Below are positions 27,349 through 37,285 of a stretch of DNA of 64,000 nucleotides, piece by piece. This DNA is from Candidatus Thorarchaeota archaeon (GTDB taxonomy: Archaea > Asgardarchaeota > Thorarchaeia > Thorarchaeales > Thorarchaeaceae). The stretch spans positions 1 to 64,000 of the forward strand of contig JAFGAR010000146.1 in the NCBI GenBank assembly GCA_016933575.1. The letters run 5' to 3'. The position numbers and the translations under genes are program-made. The number at the start of each line of letters is the position of its first letter. Position 1 is the stretch's first letter. The notes beneath the pieces were generated by a model. It searched no databases. It was given only the letters and a program-made list of their open reading frames with translations, and had not been told where the DNA came from.

Positions 27349-27403
27349 ATATTTTCAGGTAAAAAGAGGCCATAATGAAGCTATTCATTCCCACAATAAT
27401 CTT

Positions 27404-28132
27404 CTACAGAATCTCCAAGAGATCCATGATATCTTCAATGACAATGACGTCCGATGTGATCTTATCATACTCCTGAGGATCTAACCATGTGAGTAGTATA
27501 GGTAACATACCTGCCCGTTCAGCAGCAACAATGTCCTGTTCCACGATATTCCCAATGTATGCGCATTTTCGTGGATTGATCTGAAGTTCCTCAGTAAGAC
27601 GAAGGAGCATGAATGGTGATGGTTTTCGATATCCCGGTACATTGGTATACTCGATTGCATCAAAGAGACCATGAATCGAGTCCTTCATGAGGAGCTTGCT
27701 GGGGTCCCTGAATCTGTTCGATGCAATTCCTAGTTTAAACCCTCTCTCATGAAGTTCCTCGAGGCACTCTTTGCATCCATTCATTATCTCAGGTGTTGAG
27801 TCTTCGACGAACTCATCCCACTTGCTCTGATACTGCATTACTACTTCAGTATCTTCAACACCTAAAGCTTTCAGGAGCAATTTATCATATTCAATCCAGT
27901 GTTCATTAGATGGTTGCCAGTGTTGGTCGACTTCATTCTCAATCATATAGCTGGTCAGCCATTCATCTGGCTCTTGAATAGCTCTTCTGATTGTTGTGTC
28001 TGGAAAGTCTTCATGTGTTCCGACTTCAGCTTCGATTAGAAAATCTCTTGTTAGACCACACAGATTTGATACCGGTCTATAGAGGGTTCCTCCCAGGTCA
28101 AAGATGAGTGCCTTGATTCCTTCTATCTTCAT
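27404..28132 (-). CDS. HAD-superfamily hydrolase
   Basis: FDLGGTL, SN, KPSP, YIGNIVEQD. Confidence 0.9.
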   Translation of the reverse strand: MKIEGIKALIFDLGGTLYRPVSNLCGLTRDFLIEAEVGTHEDFPDTTIRRAIQEPDEWLTSYMIENEVDQHWQPSNEHWIEYDKLLLKALGVEDTEVVMQYQSKWDEFVEDSTPEIMNGCKECLEELHERGFKLGIASNRFRDPSKLLMKDSIHGLFDAIEYTNVPGYRKPSPFMLLRLTEELQINPRKCAYIGNIVEQDIVAAERAGMLPILLTWLDPQEYDKITSDVIVIEDIMDLLEIL

Positions 28133-28210
28133 GGTTACTCACGCATGCAATTTGTTACTATTGTATTCTTCGTAGGTGGCACATCTCAATCCTTTTGAAG
28201 ACTAAATGGA

Positions 28211-29371
28211 GTGTACAACCTGATTTCAATGGAAGACTTGGATGTGACCCTGAAAGCGGTTGAAATGCATCTCCAGAATAATCCAAATGATGCATCCGCC
28301 TGGAATACAAAGGGCGTGATTCTTGCCCAGAAACATGACTGGGGCGAGGCTCTTCGTTGTCTAGAACAGGCAATTCGCTTAGATGGTGAACTTGCAGCTG
28401 CTCATCTGAATCGAGGACGTGTCCTTCTCTCTTTAGGTCCTGAGAAGGCAAGAGAGGCACTGCGGTCTTTCAACAGATCTTTAGAACTTAATCCGAATGA
28501 TCTGGAGGCATTACGTGACAAAGCGGTCTCTCTGAGGGTTCTCAAACAAGCAAAACAGGAACTTGATTGTTATCTGACGATGAGTGAGCTTGAGAAAGGT
28601 GAATGGGGTATCTGGTTACGATTAGGAGACCTACAACTTGAACTCAGGGATACAAAGTCTGCAATTTCAAGTTACACACGGGCTCTGGAACTAAAGGATG
28701 ACCTCGTTTCTGCCTATATCCGAATGGCGATTGCCTATGGACTCGAAGAGAACTTTGACGCTGCCCTGAAGTCTGCAAAGACTGCGACAAAACTAGACCC
28801 TGAGAATCCTGAAGCATGGCTCATCCTTGGTGATGTCAATCTTCGTGCAGGAAGACACAAGTCTGCTATGAAATCTCTGGAGAAGGCATCTGAGCTTGAC
28901 CCGACGGATGCAAGTGTAGAGAACACCATGGGTATGGTGGCATATAAGGATGGAAAACTACAGGATGCTGTCAAGCATCTTCGTAGAGCACTCATTCGCA
29001 AGAAGCAGTACCCTACAGCCATGCGAAATCTTGCCTTCGTGTTGATGGAACTTGAAGAGTGGGAGGCGTCTACTCAAGTCTTCAATGACTTGACTGAACT
29101 TGTCAAGGATGACCCTGATGTCTATGATGCGAAGGCGACAGCATTTGCAAGGTTGGATGATTTCTGTAGTGCTGAAGAGGCCTGGGAGCGAGCTCGAAAA
29201 CTCTACAAGAAACAGGGTGATGAAAAAGAAGCCGAACGTGTTACAGTTCTGGGCAGAGCTGCACGAATCAACTGCCATAGGATCCGGAAAGCCCTGAAGG
29301 CACAACGAGAAAATGAGAAGGCTCAACGTCGTTTCTCTGACCGTCATGAAATTCGGAAGAAGAGGTCATAG
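28211..29371 (+). CDS. Tetratricopeptide repeat protein
   Basis: Repeated AW..KG/LG...A...A..L.P motifs. Confidence 0.9.
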   Translation: MYNLISMEDLDVTLKAVEMHLQNNPNDASAWNTKGVILAQKHDWGEALRCLEQAIRLDGELAAAHLNRGRVLLSLGPEKAREALRSFNRSLELNPNDLEALRDKAVSLRVLKQAKQELDCYLTMSELEKGEWGIWLRLGDLQLELRDTKSAISSYTRALELKDDLVSAYIRMAIAYGLEENFDAALKSAKTATKLDPENPEAWLILGDVNLRAGRHKSAMKSLEKASELDPTDASVENTMGMVAYKDGKLQDAVKHLRRALIRKKQYPTAMRNLAFVLMELEEWEASTQVFNDLTELVKDDPDVYDAKATAFARLDDFCSAEEAWERARKLYKKQGDEKEAERVTVLGRAARINCHRIRKALKAQRENEKAQRRFSDRHEIRKKRS

Positions 29372-29374
29372 ATG

Positions 29375-29692
29375 CTATACAACATCTGAATCAAGACTAG
29401 AGAATGAATCTGCAATCGTGGTATCTGTTTCCATCTTCCTGATGAGCTTATCTAGCCTCTTCCATGCTTCCTCATAGTGTGGATTGACTGCCATTGACTT
29501 CTGATATGCATTATATGCTTGAAGATAGTGCCCTCTTCTCTCAAGCAATGTACCATAATAGCACCAGCCCTCGAAGTCATTCGGTCTGGCAATGAGAAGT
29601 TGTCCTATCGTGTGTGTGACAAGTGAAGGAATCATCATGATGAGACAAAGGGTCACAATCCCCGCAATTAACAACGGGATGAAGAGAGCCAT
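29375..29692 (-). CDS. Small TM-anchored TPR protein
   Basis: N-terminal TM; GWCYYGTLL...AYQKSMAVNP. Confidence 0.7.
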   Translation of the reverse strand: MALFIPLLIAGIVTLCLIMMIPSLVTHTIGQLLIARPNDFEGWCYYGTLLERRGHYLQAYNAYQKSMAVNPHYEEAWKRLDKLIRKMETDTTIADSFSSLDSDVV

Positions 29693-29738
29693 ACACTATC
29701 TTTGACTTTTCTCCTAATCAACAATCTGTTTTGTGATT

Positions 29739-30572
29739 CTATACGACGACCTTATCAAAGAGGACCGATTTCAAGAAGAAGTCAATACCGAATCTACCCT
29801 TGGTGAGTTCGAGGTACCATGGTCCCTCAAGTTCAAGGATTTGCTGCATCTCTTCAATCGATTTTCCTGACTCGTGTAATTCCTTTGCCTTCTGTTGTAT
29901 CTCAATGATGTAATCAATTCGTGTCTGAATATGTTTCTGAGGCGAGTGAATTGCCCCCCTGTGAGAATCAAAGAGGATGTCAATGTCCATCGTCAGTATC
30001 TTTTCCATGGTTGCCACCATCTGGGGTATGTTCTCATCGGGCATGGCAATTCTCTTCTTCGATGGCAGAGGGACTGCATCTGCAGAGAAGAACCATTTCT
30101 TCTCAGGTTCATAGAACCCGACCATCTCCATGGTATGGCCGGGAACAGGCACGACCTCAAACCTAAGGTCTCCAATCGAGAACGTCTTAGGCAAGTCTGT
30201 CAGGTCTGAGACCGGTTCTGGCTGTCCCCAAACATAATTGAAGAACTCACCATAGAATGGGGGTTTACGCAGGATCTCTTGCGTTGCAGGTGTAGCAAAG
30301 ATGCTCGCGGTCTTTTCAAACACTGTGCAACAGCCACAATGGTCCTCATGAGAGTGTGTTATGTAGACATCATTGATCTCGTTCTTCCGCGCAAATTCTC
30401 GTATCTCATCAATCGCATTTGCACAGCCTGCATCAAAGAGTGCATCTCTGACAAGGAACGCGTAGACGAACATGATTGCGTTTCCGTCTTGTTCAGTAGC
30501 AGTCTTGACGCAGGTTATATCCTCATTGAACTGAACGATCTCAATCATAATAGAAGCAGCAATGCATACCAA
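29739..30572 (-). CDS. Metallo-beta-lactamase-fold hydrolase
   Basis: THSHEDH, PGHT, FSAD, SH. Confidence 0.9.
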   Translation of the reverse strand: MVCIAASIMIEIVQFNEDITCVKTATEQDGNAIMFVYAFLVRDALFDAGCANAIDEIREFARKNEINDVYITHSHEDHCGCCTVFEKTASIFATPATQEILRKPPFYGEFFNYVWGQPEPVSDLTDLPKTFSIGDLRFEVVPVPGHTMEMVGFYEPEKKWFFSADAVPLPSKKRIAMPDENIPQMVATMEKILTMDIDILFDSHRGAIHSPQKHIQTRIDYIIEIQQKAKELHESGKSIEEMQQILELEGPWYLELTKGRFGIDFFLKSVLFDKVVV

Positions 30573-30593
30573 GAAATGAGTCCTTTGGTCGCA

Positions 30594-31724
30594 CTATACA
30601 ACAGCCTGCATGTCTCTGAGAACAGGTGGAGCAAATTTCCGGAGCCGTTTCAGGCCAAGGACCTTTTCACGTCTTCCCATCTTTGCATCATTCAGAGCCT
30701 GCTCCATGAAAGCTATCGCTTTATCGTAGTCTTTTCTTGGAACCGGAAAGGGGACACCATCCTTCCCACCAAATGCGAAACACATCCTGACAGGGTCTGA
30801 CCAAGATGGTGGAGTCCCAAATATCATCTCGGAGATGAGTGAGAGGCCTCGCACAGTTGCGGGTCCAAAGCCATCCATTAAGAGAAGGCCTTCATAGTCC
30901 TCTGGTTGCGTTTCGTATGCTCGTCGGACAGCATTCCAGTCCATTCTGGTTGGAATGACCTTGTAGGCAGGTAGGGCAATCTCAGCGTTGTCCTCATCTA
31001 GCCAAGGTATCAGGGTGGTTTCACCGTACGACTTGATGTCCTCAAAGTATCGTCTTATTCTAGCAGGATCCTCTTTAATAATGTCCAGGCTGACCTGACG
31101 ACATTCCTCTGATTTATGAGAGGTCATGTCCAGCGCACAGTCCTTTATCTCTCCTGAGATGAGCCCTGTATGTGGCTCATCGATATAGCTTCGAGTCTCA
31201 TCAGCTGTCCAATGATATCGTCGTGCATCATTGTTTTTGCTGTCGAGACCCTGCTGAACCACAGTCCAGTTCTCTTCAGAATCAACAAAGAAGAGATGCT
31301 GGTACAGCTGATACCCGTCTTGAACTCCCGCATTGTCTACCTTTGCAACTGCCTTACTGATATCGACCAATCGCGCACCATCAAGTCCATAGTCCTCTAA
31401 CGCACGAAGTTGTTCAGGAACCTTCTTTGAGGCAATACCTTTGCCGCCAATACCGACCATTCCATGGGTCTCAAAGTCAAGTGCAGATTTCAAGACACCA
31501 CAGGTCACAGTGGTCGAACCAGAGCTATCCCAATCGTAGCCTAAAACATTGGATAATGCTTGAAACCAGACCGGGTCTGCGAGGCGATGTAGGAGTTCTG
31601 AAGTCCCAAACTCATCCACTATGAACTTGCAGAGAGCATCGGCCATTGGGATCATACGTTTGACTAACCAGTGTGGTGCCTTTCCAGGATGCAATTTCAG
31701 GTCTGCGACGCCAGCTCTCTTCAC
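30594..31724 (-). CDS. DUF763 family protein
   Basis: DWDSSGSTT, QDGYQLY, VVQQG, RRYHW, GGKDGVPFPV. Confidence 0.9.
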   Translation of the reverse strand: MKRAGVADLKLHPGKAPHWLVKRMIPMADALCKFIVDEFGTSELLHRLADPVWFQALSNVLGYDWDSSGSTTVTCGVLKSALDFETHGMVGIGGKGIASKKVPEQLRALEDYGLDGARLVDISKAVAKVDNAGVQDGYQLYQHLFFVDSEENWTVVQQGLDSKNNDARRYHWTADETRSYIDEPHTGLISGEIKDCALDMTSHKSEECRQVSLDIIKEDPARIRRYFEDIKSYGETTLIPWLDEDNAEIALPAYKVIPTRMDWNAVRRAYETQPEDYEGLLLMDGFGPATVRGLSLISEMIFGTPPSWSDPVRMCFAFGGKDGVPFPVPRKDYDKAIAFMEQALNDAKMGRREKVLGLKRLRKFAPPVLRDMQAVV

Positions 31725-31745
31725 TATACTAGCTCCACGAAGCGA

Positions 31746-32108
31746 TTAGAGTGAGGCTCGATACTTCTCCAGATTCTGCTTCATTTCGTCCCCTGACTTT
31801 TCAAACCACTTCTGCAGGATATCGCAACCATAATCCTCACAGTGGGCACAGGTCTCTACACCCCGTTGGCTTGCACAGTTATGGACAGAGCATTTAGAGC
31901 AGAAGGCAAAATGTGGTCCGTTTGATTTGCATCCTGCACAATCGAGAGTCTCCATGGTGACAGGAAATGCTGGAGAGGTCCACTTCTGAACGGTTTCTCT
32001 CCGAAGCTTGTCATCATCATTGACATATGCAAGATGCGCCGGGCATTCTGAGCAGACGATTCCACAATATGCTCTCATACTATCGGACATGAGAAAAGAA
32101 GTAGTCAC
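31746..32108 (-). CDS. DUF3795 Cys-rich protein
   Basis: YCGIVCSEC, CAGC, CSKC, CAHCEDYGC. Confidence 0.85.
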   Translation of the reverse strand: MTTSFLMSDSMRAYCGIVCSECPAHLAYVNDDDKLRRETVQKWTSPAFPVTMETLDCAGCKSNGPHFAFCSKCSVHNCASQRGVETCAHCEDYGCDILQKWFEKSGDEMKQNLEKYRASL

Positions 32109-32261
32109 AATAGTATAAAAGATGAACAGATAGCCGAAACTAATTATCGAGATTACTCAAAGGGCTCTTGCATTAAACAATCTTTTTATCCGATTATGCG
32201 TGAAATAGTATGCTGAGCATTGTTGGGTTTGCTCAGATAGTATTCTTTCACACCTATCGAG

Positions 32262-32810
32262 TTGATACATATGGCTGAGAATGCAGAATGGGATAAAGCA
32301 GTGAATTTCAAAGATTTCCTGAAGAAAGCCCGTGAGAACGTAGAGATAATGAAGGCCCGATATACTGACCTTCAGTTAAATGAGACTGATCTGGAAACCC
32401 TGAAAAGCATTCAGAATGACATCAAGATTCTTGTCATCGGAACAGACCGATGCACTGACACTGCTGGAAATCTACCAATTCTCGCAAAGATGGTTGATGC
32501 CTCTTCAAAATTGGAATTGCGGTTACTTGATAGTGATGAGAATGTTGACTACCATATGAACTTCAAAGTCAACGGAAAGCGCAAGACTCCTGTTGTGCTA
32601 TATTTGAACAAGGCTCTTGAAGAGATCTGTCGCTGGGTCGAGAGGCCAAATGCTATCTACAAGATCATCAACGAGGGAACTATACAGTCCATCGAGGATC
32701 GAAAGGCAGAACTCAAGAAACTCTACAGTGATCCTGAGATTCAACGCCAGAGTCTTGGAGAATTCCTGCGACTTGTCCTGCGAGCTGACTTCATTCTAGG
32801 ACGAAAATGA
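32262..32810 (+). CDS. Thioredoxin-fold protein (Thioredoxin_9-like)
   Basis: CTD motif, cis-Pro KTP, RWVERP. Confidence 0.75.
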   Translation: MIHMAENAEWDKAVNFKDFLKKARENVEIMKARYTDLQLNETDLETLKSIQNDIKILVIGTDRCTDTAGNLPILAKMVDASSKLELRLLDSDENVDYHMNFKVNGKRKTPVVLYLNKALEEICRWVERPNAIYKIINEGTIQSIEDRKAELKKLYSDPEIQRQSLGEFLRLVLRADFILGRK

Positions 32811-32811
32811 T

Positions 32812-33468
32812 ATGACTCATCATCTGGGAAAAGCCAATTGGAATGATGAGGAACGAATTAATGGGCTCATCAGGTCTTATTCTACAAGATACGATAACCT
32901 ATTTTGGAAGACCTTTATCCCCCTCGTAGGTCCAGAGCCTCGGAAAGCCATAGCGGACTTTGGTTGTGGTCCAGGTCTCTTCCTTGTGGACGCCGCTGAG
33001 AAGTTCTCTGCTCAGGTTCTGATTGGACTTGATGAGAGTCAAGAGATGCTCGACCACGCAGAGCAGTTCATCCAAGAACGAACCTCTGTTGAATCCTATG
33101 AATTGAAGACCATTAATTTCGACGTGACTCGTATTCCTTTGCAACCGGACTCAGTCGATCTCGCCTTTTCAGGTTACATGCTTCACGAGGTCTCGGACCC
33201 ACAGGATTTTGTCAAACAGATTGGCAGAATCGTAAGAAGAGGCGGGGTGTATGTTGTCTATGACTTTGTATCTGGAAATGAAGCAGTATTTGTCCAAAAG
33301 ATGATTGAACGTGACATGTCAGAAGAACAGGCACGAAAACGCTATCCCCATATGTGCAAACACTCGATTGATGATATCATCTCTCTGATGAGAGATGCAG
33401 GGCTGAAAGAAGTAAAAGGCAGAGCCGTTAATGATATACGTGCAGTTGTAGTTGGGCATATGAAGTAG
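32812..33468 (+). CDS. SAM-dependent methyltransferase
   Basis: ADFGCGPG, VDLAF, LHE. Confidence 0.88.
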   Translation: MTHHLGKANWNDEERINGLIRSYSTRYDNLFWKTFIPLVGPEPRKAIADFGCGPGLFLVDAAEKFSAQVLIGLDESQEMLDHAEQFIQERTSVESYELKTINFDVTRIPLQPDSVDLAFSGYMLHEVSDPQDFVKQIGRIVRRGGVYVVYDFVSGNEAVFVQKMIERDMSEEQARKRYPHMCKHSIDDIISLMRDAGLKEVKGRAVNDIRAVVVGHMK

Positions 33469-33483
33469 CCTGACATTTAGTAA

Positions 33484-33705
33484 TTGAAGGAAATTGTGTA
33501 CAGCATGTCTTCGAACAGACGAAAGTCACCATGGGCCTATAATGAACCTGAATTGCAGTGTCCGAATTGCAAGAGTACGAGGATCAATCGTGTAGTGAAT
33601 ATTTGGGCAATGCGTCAAGGAATCCAGATGTTCAAGTGTGCTGTCTGTGGTAAGAAATTCTATGATCGAGATGTTGATGATTATCAACCAACTTTCGAGA
33701 GGTAG
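33484..33705 (+). CDS. Small zinc-ribbon protein
   Basis: CPNC...CAVC; directly upstream of priL. Confidence 0.7.
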   Translation: MKEIVYSMSSNRRKSPWAYNEPELQCPNCKSTRINRVVNIWAMRQGIQMFKCAVCGKKFYDRDVDDYQPTFER

Positions 33706-33717
33706 CAACTGAATGGA

Positions 33718-34869
33718 GTGAGCGATATGTCAAGTAATCTCCAGCAGCTGAAGTATCCCTTTTCTGTCTCTGCTCGACAAGCCTCTACACGACTTGCAAG
33801 AGACCTCGGGGCACTTGTAAAACTCCTCGAGCATCCAGACAATCACTATATCATCGAAGAGGCTGAACGGAGAGTCTACGCAGCAATCACTCAATCCGAG
33901 ATCTCCTTCTCAGATATGCGAGACGAAAAGGAAGTCCTAGTATATCCAACTGCTAGAGTCATTGTTGAGGAGATAGGCAATGCAAAGCTCAGAGCCCTCC
34001 AGGCTGAAGCTGAATCTAAGGCTGTGAATAGACTGCTTGGAGATGAAGAGAGTGATTTTGTCGAAGACCTCGCTACGAGTTCCTTTGGTTGGAAGGTCGA
34101 GTCGTTGGGCGACCTCCACAAACGTGCCAAGATGGAGCTTGCCTTGCGCTCTTTTGAGTTTCGAATACGCTTTGAGAATTTCCTAGAGGTTGCTCCCGAC
34201 TTTCATGCTGACGAGTGGAAACTTATCAATCGATATGTTGACAGGGGTTGGGTACTGATTCGAAGAAAAGAACTAAACAGGTTAATCTCTGGCAGGTTTA
34301 GACAGATCATTGTGTTTGGCCAGTTAGACATCCCCAAACTCTCACGAAGATTGACCGAGGCGGTGCACCGGGTCGAAGAAGAGGTGAAGGGAAAAATCCG
34401 TCAATATGAGCCTGTGAAAATCACTGGTCAGATCACTTCTGCCTTTCCGCCATGTATACAAGAGATGTATGACAAGTCAATCAGTGGAACTGGCAATCTC
34501 TCACATGATGCTCGATTTGCACTTGCAGCATTCCTCCTTCGAATAGGGATGAGTGAAGATGAGGTGAACAAAGTGTTCGGTCACTCACCTGATAGGGACA
34601 CCCGGTTAATCGAATATCAGGTAGGCCATATATCATCAAAACGGTCGATAAGTTCCGAGAGTCCGGGGTATACCCCAACTGGGTGCAAAAAGCTTCAGAC
34701 TAATAATCTCTGTCCTGTCTATCTTGGTCTGACCTTTGACCCACTATGTGAATATGTTCTGAATCCACTTGCATTCTATAGTACCCGTGCCTGGGAATTG
34801 TCACGAACTCCTCCAATCACCAATCACTCTTGGTATTCAAAGTCAAAGGACAAGAAACAGTCATTCTAA
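33718..34869 (+). CDS. priL: DNA primase large subunit
   Basis: YPF, WKLINR...GWV, FPPCI, LSHDARF, YQVGHI, Fe-S cysteines. Confidence 0.92.
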   Translation: MSDMSSNLQQLKYPFSVSARQASTRLARDLGALVKLLEHPDNHYIIEEAERRVYAAITQSEISFSDMRDEKEVLVYPTARVIVEEIGNAKLRALQAEAESKAVNRLLGDEESDFVEDLATSSFGWKVESLGDLHKRAKMELALRSFEFRIRFENFLEVAPDFHADEWKLINRYVDRGWVLIRRKELNRLISGRFRQIIVFGQLDIPKLSRRLTEAVHRVEEEVKGKIRQYEPVKITGQITSAFPPCIQEMYDKSISGTGNLSHDARFALAAFLLRIGMSEDEVNKVFGHSPDRDTRLIEYQVGHISSKRSISSESPGYTPTGCKKLQTNNLCPVYLGLTFDPLCEYVLNPLAFYSTRAWELSRTPPITNHSWYSKSKDKKQSF

Positions 34870-35714
34870 CATGTTGGCCCCTTTCCTCGAGACCTGGCGT
34901 AATAGTAGAGATATTGTTGTGCATAGCCACCATATCTACCAAAATAGCTCCGCGCAGCTACTGATTTTTTAGTGTAGGATTTTCCTGATTCTGTGAAGAC
35001 ATCATAGTGCTCCTGAATCGTTCTCTCAATCCACACATCGATAGGGAATGCCTCCAAGAAACCAAGAGAGAAGAGGCATACACAATCAGCCACCTTATCT
35101 CCCACACCACTTAGGGTCTTGAGAGAGTCATGAGCCTCCAAGTATGTCATATCTCCAAGTGCCTCCTCTGTGATATCCCCCCTTGCAATGACATCTGCTG
35201 AATGTTTCAGATACTTTGCTCTATATCCAAGCCCAAGTCCCTCCAGACCTTTGAGACTCATCCCTGCAAGTCTCTCGGGAGCAGGTAGACCATGAAACAT
35301 CTTTCCCCTGAATTCATACACGGGACCTAGTTCAGATCTAATATTCCTCATCATCATCTGAATTGCTGGGATATTCTTACAGGTCGAACATATGAACGAA
35401 ACAAGACATGAGAAGAATGGGTCCCTTACTATTCTGAGGTCTGGTGCAAATTCTATGCTCTGTTTCATCAGACCATCCCGCAATATCTCACTTTGAATCT
35501 CATCGAGCGGATCATCAAGACGGAACAGCCTATTCAGAGAGACCTTCTCGGAAGATGAAGTTTCATAGTATAGTCTATCACCTTTCTGTTCGACATAGAT
35601 GACCTGGCCCATATCTGCATTGACATACCCTTCTCCCTCACGAATCCAAGTAAATGTCTGACCGCACTCAAGGGTGTCAAAGAGGCTGAAACGTTTGGCA
35701 CTAATACTTCTCAT
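34866..35714 (-). CDS. ogg: 8-oxoguanine DNA glycosylase (OGG_N plus HhH-GPD, Ogg1-type)
   Basis: TLECGQTF, LGYRAKY, GVGDKVADC, FPIDVW, GYAQQYL; probable start 35714. Confidence 0.88.
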   Translation of the reverse strand: MRSISAKRFSLFDTLECGQTFTWIREGEGYVNADMGQVIYVEQKGDRLYYETSSSEKVSLNRLFRLDDPLDEIQSEILRDGLMKQSIEFAPDLRIVRDPFFSCLVSFICSTCKNIPAIQMMMRNIRSELGPVYEFRGKMFHGLPAPERLAGMSLKGLEGLGLGYRAKYLKHSADVIARGDITEEALGDMTYLEAHDSLKTLSGVGDKVADCVCLFSLGFLEAFPIDVWIERTIQEHYDVFTESGKSYTKKSVAARSYFGRYGGYAQQYLYYYARSRGKGPTC

Positions 35715-35888
35715 TGAGAGGACGCACATCATAATCCAAAATGAGTATTGTCCTATAGCTCTTTCAACGAGCTTTGACAAGGCTAATAACAACAGTATTC
35801 TTTCATCAAATGCGGCTGTGATGAACTCCTTAACGAGAGATTGTGAACAAATGATCGACCTTAGGGGTATCTGAGCCGCAACTTCTTT

Positions 35889-36386
35889 TCAGATACTTAG
35901 CTGCTGAAGATTGATTGCATCTCGTTTGATTATCTTCACAATACCATCAATATCTGTTGACTTGAGGACTGGAGGTGTTTCATCCTTGTCTACACTCTTC
36001 TCAAACCAGCTGATGATGGCCTTAATGGACTCGTTGAGGTCTTCGGGAGTGATCTTTGATCCACCAACGCACCAGACCTTCGGAATTTCGCTTTCCTTCA
36101 TTCCCTCTATGATTAGAAAATCTGCATCTGTCCTTCTGACAAGGGCTGAGATCTTCTTCCGAGCACGATGATGCACTACAGAACTATTCGGCCCAAGAAG
36201 TATGGTGATCTTTGCTCCTGCTTGAACATGTCGGTAAGAATCAGTGCCTTCTTGGTCTTCGTAATCATGTTTGGAACTCTTGGCAGTGGCAATGGTAAAG
36301 CCCTCATCACTCAACCTCGTTACAATTGATTCCACTAAGGTTGTCTTTCCGGTTCCTGAATATCCTGACACTGCAAATACGCGCAT
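35889..36386 (-). CDS. mobB: Molybdopterin-guanine dinucleotide biosynthesis protein B
   Basis: GYSGTGKTT, GTDSYRH, IIEGMK. Confidence 0.88.
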   Translation of the reverse strand: MRVFAVSGYSGTGKTTLVESIVTRLSDEGFTIATAKSSKHDYEDQEGTDSYRHVQAGAKITILLGPNSSVVHHRARKKISALVRRTDADFLIIEGMKESEIPKVWCVGGSKITPEDLNESIKAIISWFEKSVDKDETPPVLKSTDIDGIVKIIKRDAINLQQLSI

Positions 36387-36506
36387 GATACCTCTTATGA
36401 TAACAACTGTGCCATAAGGTCATTTCGTTATCGAATCTTGAAAGAATGCTCAAAGCAGTTCCCTTAAAACGGAGTCTTTATCCTTCGAGAAACTGGTGAA
36501 TCACCA

Positions 36507-37283
36507 TTGGCCGCCGAGAAGCAAGCCGCAGTGACCTGCATAGATGTCAGAAGAGATTTCCAAGATGGCTCCCGCGTTATCAAGGTACTTCAGGGTACCA
36601 ATCTCACAGTTTATCGTGGTGAGTTTGTAGCTATTGTTGGAGCGAGCGGATCTGGAAAGACAACCCTCCTGAACCTGATTGGAGGACTCGATACACCCAC
36701 ATCGGGAACCATCCTCATTGATGGAGATGACATCACAAAACTTGATGATGATGAAATGTCTGAAGTGCGGCGTCACAAGATTGGCGTCCTCTTCCAAGAC
36801 CAACACCTGCTACCCATCTTTACGGCACTAGAGAATGTAGAGGTTCCCATGCTTCTTGATAACATCCCTGCAAAGGAACGTGAAGAACGTGCCATGAAAC
36901 TCTTGGACACTGTCCTTGTCAGTCATCGAGCACAACATATGCCTCACGAGCTCTCTGGCGGAATGCGTTCTCGTGTGGCTCTTGCTCGAGCCCTCGCTAA
37001 TGATCCAGCTGTGCTTCTCTGCGACGAGCCTACAGGCGATCTCGACCATAAGAGCGGTGGGGAGATCATCCAGTTAATGAGCGACCTTGCGAAGAAACAG
37101 AATCGCGCAGTCATTGCAGCAACACATGACCCTGAGACTGCGAGAATGGCTGATAGAATTCTCCTACTTCGCGATGGTGTTCTTGTTGATGAACTTGTTA
37201 GTGACTTCTTCAAGACAAGCGGTATAGACGTGAGGACTAGAAGAGAATCTCGAAAGAAAGTCGAGGAAGAGACCTCTGTCTAG
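36507..37283 (+). CDS. ABC transporter ATPase (LolD/MacB-like)
   Basis: GASGSGKT, LSGG, DEPTGDLD, H-loop. Confidence 0.93.
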   Translation: MAAEKQAAVTCIDVRRDFQDGSRVIKVLQGTNLTVYRGEFVAIVGASGSGKTTLLNLIGGLDTPTSGTILIDGDDITKLDDDEMSEVRRHKIGVLFQDQHLLPIFTALENVEVPMLLDNIPAKEREERAMKLLDTVLVSHRAQHMPHELSGGMRSRVALARALANDPAVLLCDEPTGDLDHKSGGEIIQLMSDLAKKQNRAVIAATHDPETARMADRILLLRDGVLVDELVSDFFKTSGIDVRTRRESRKKVEEETSV

Positions 37284-37285
37284 GA

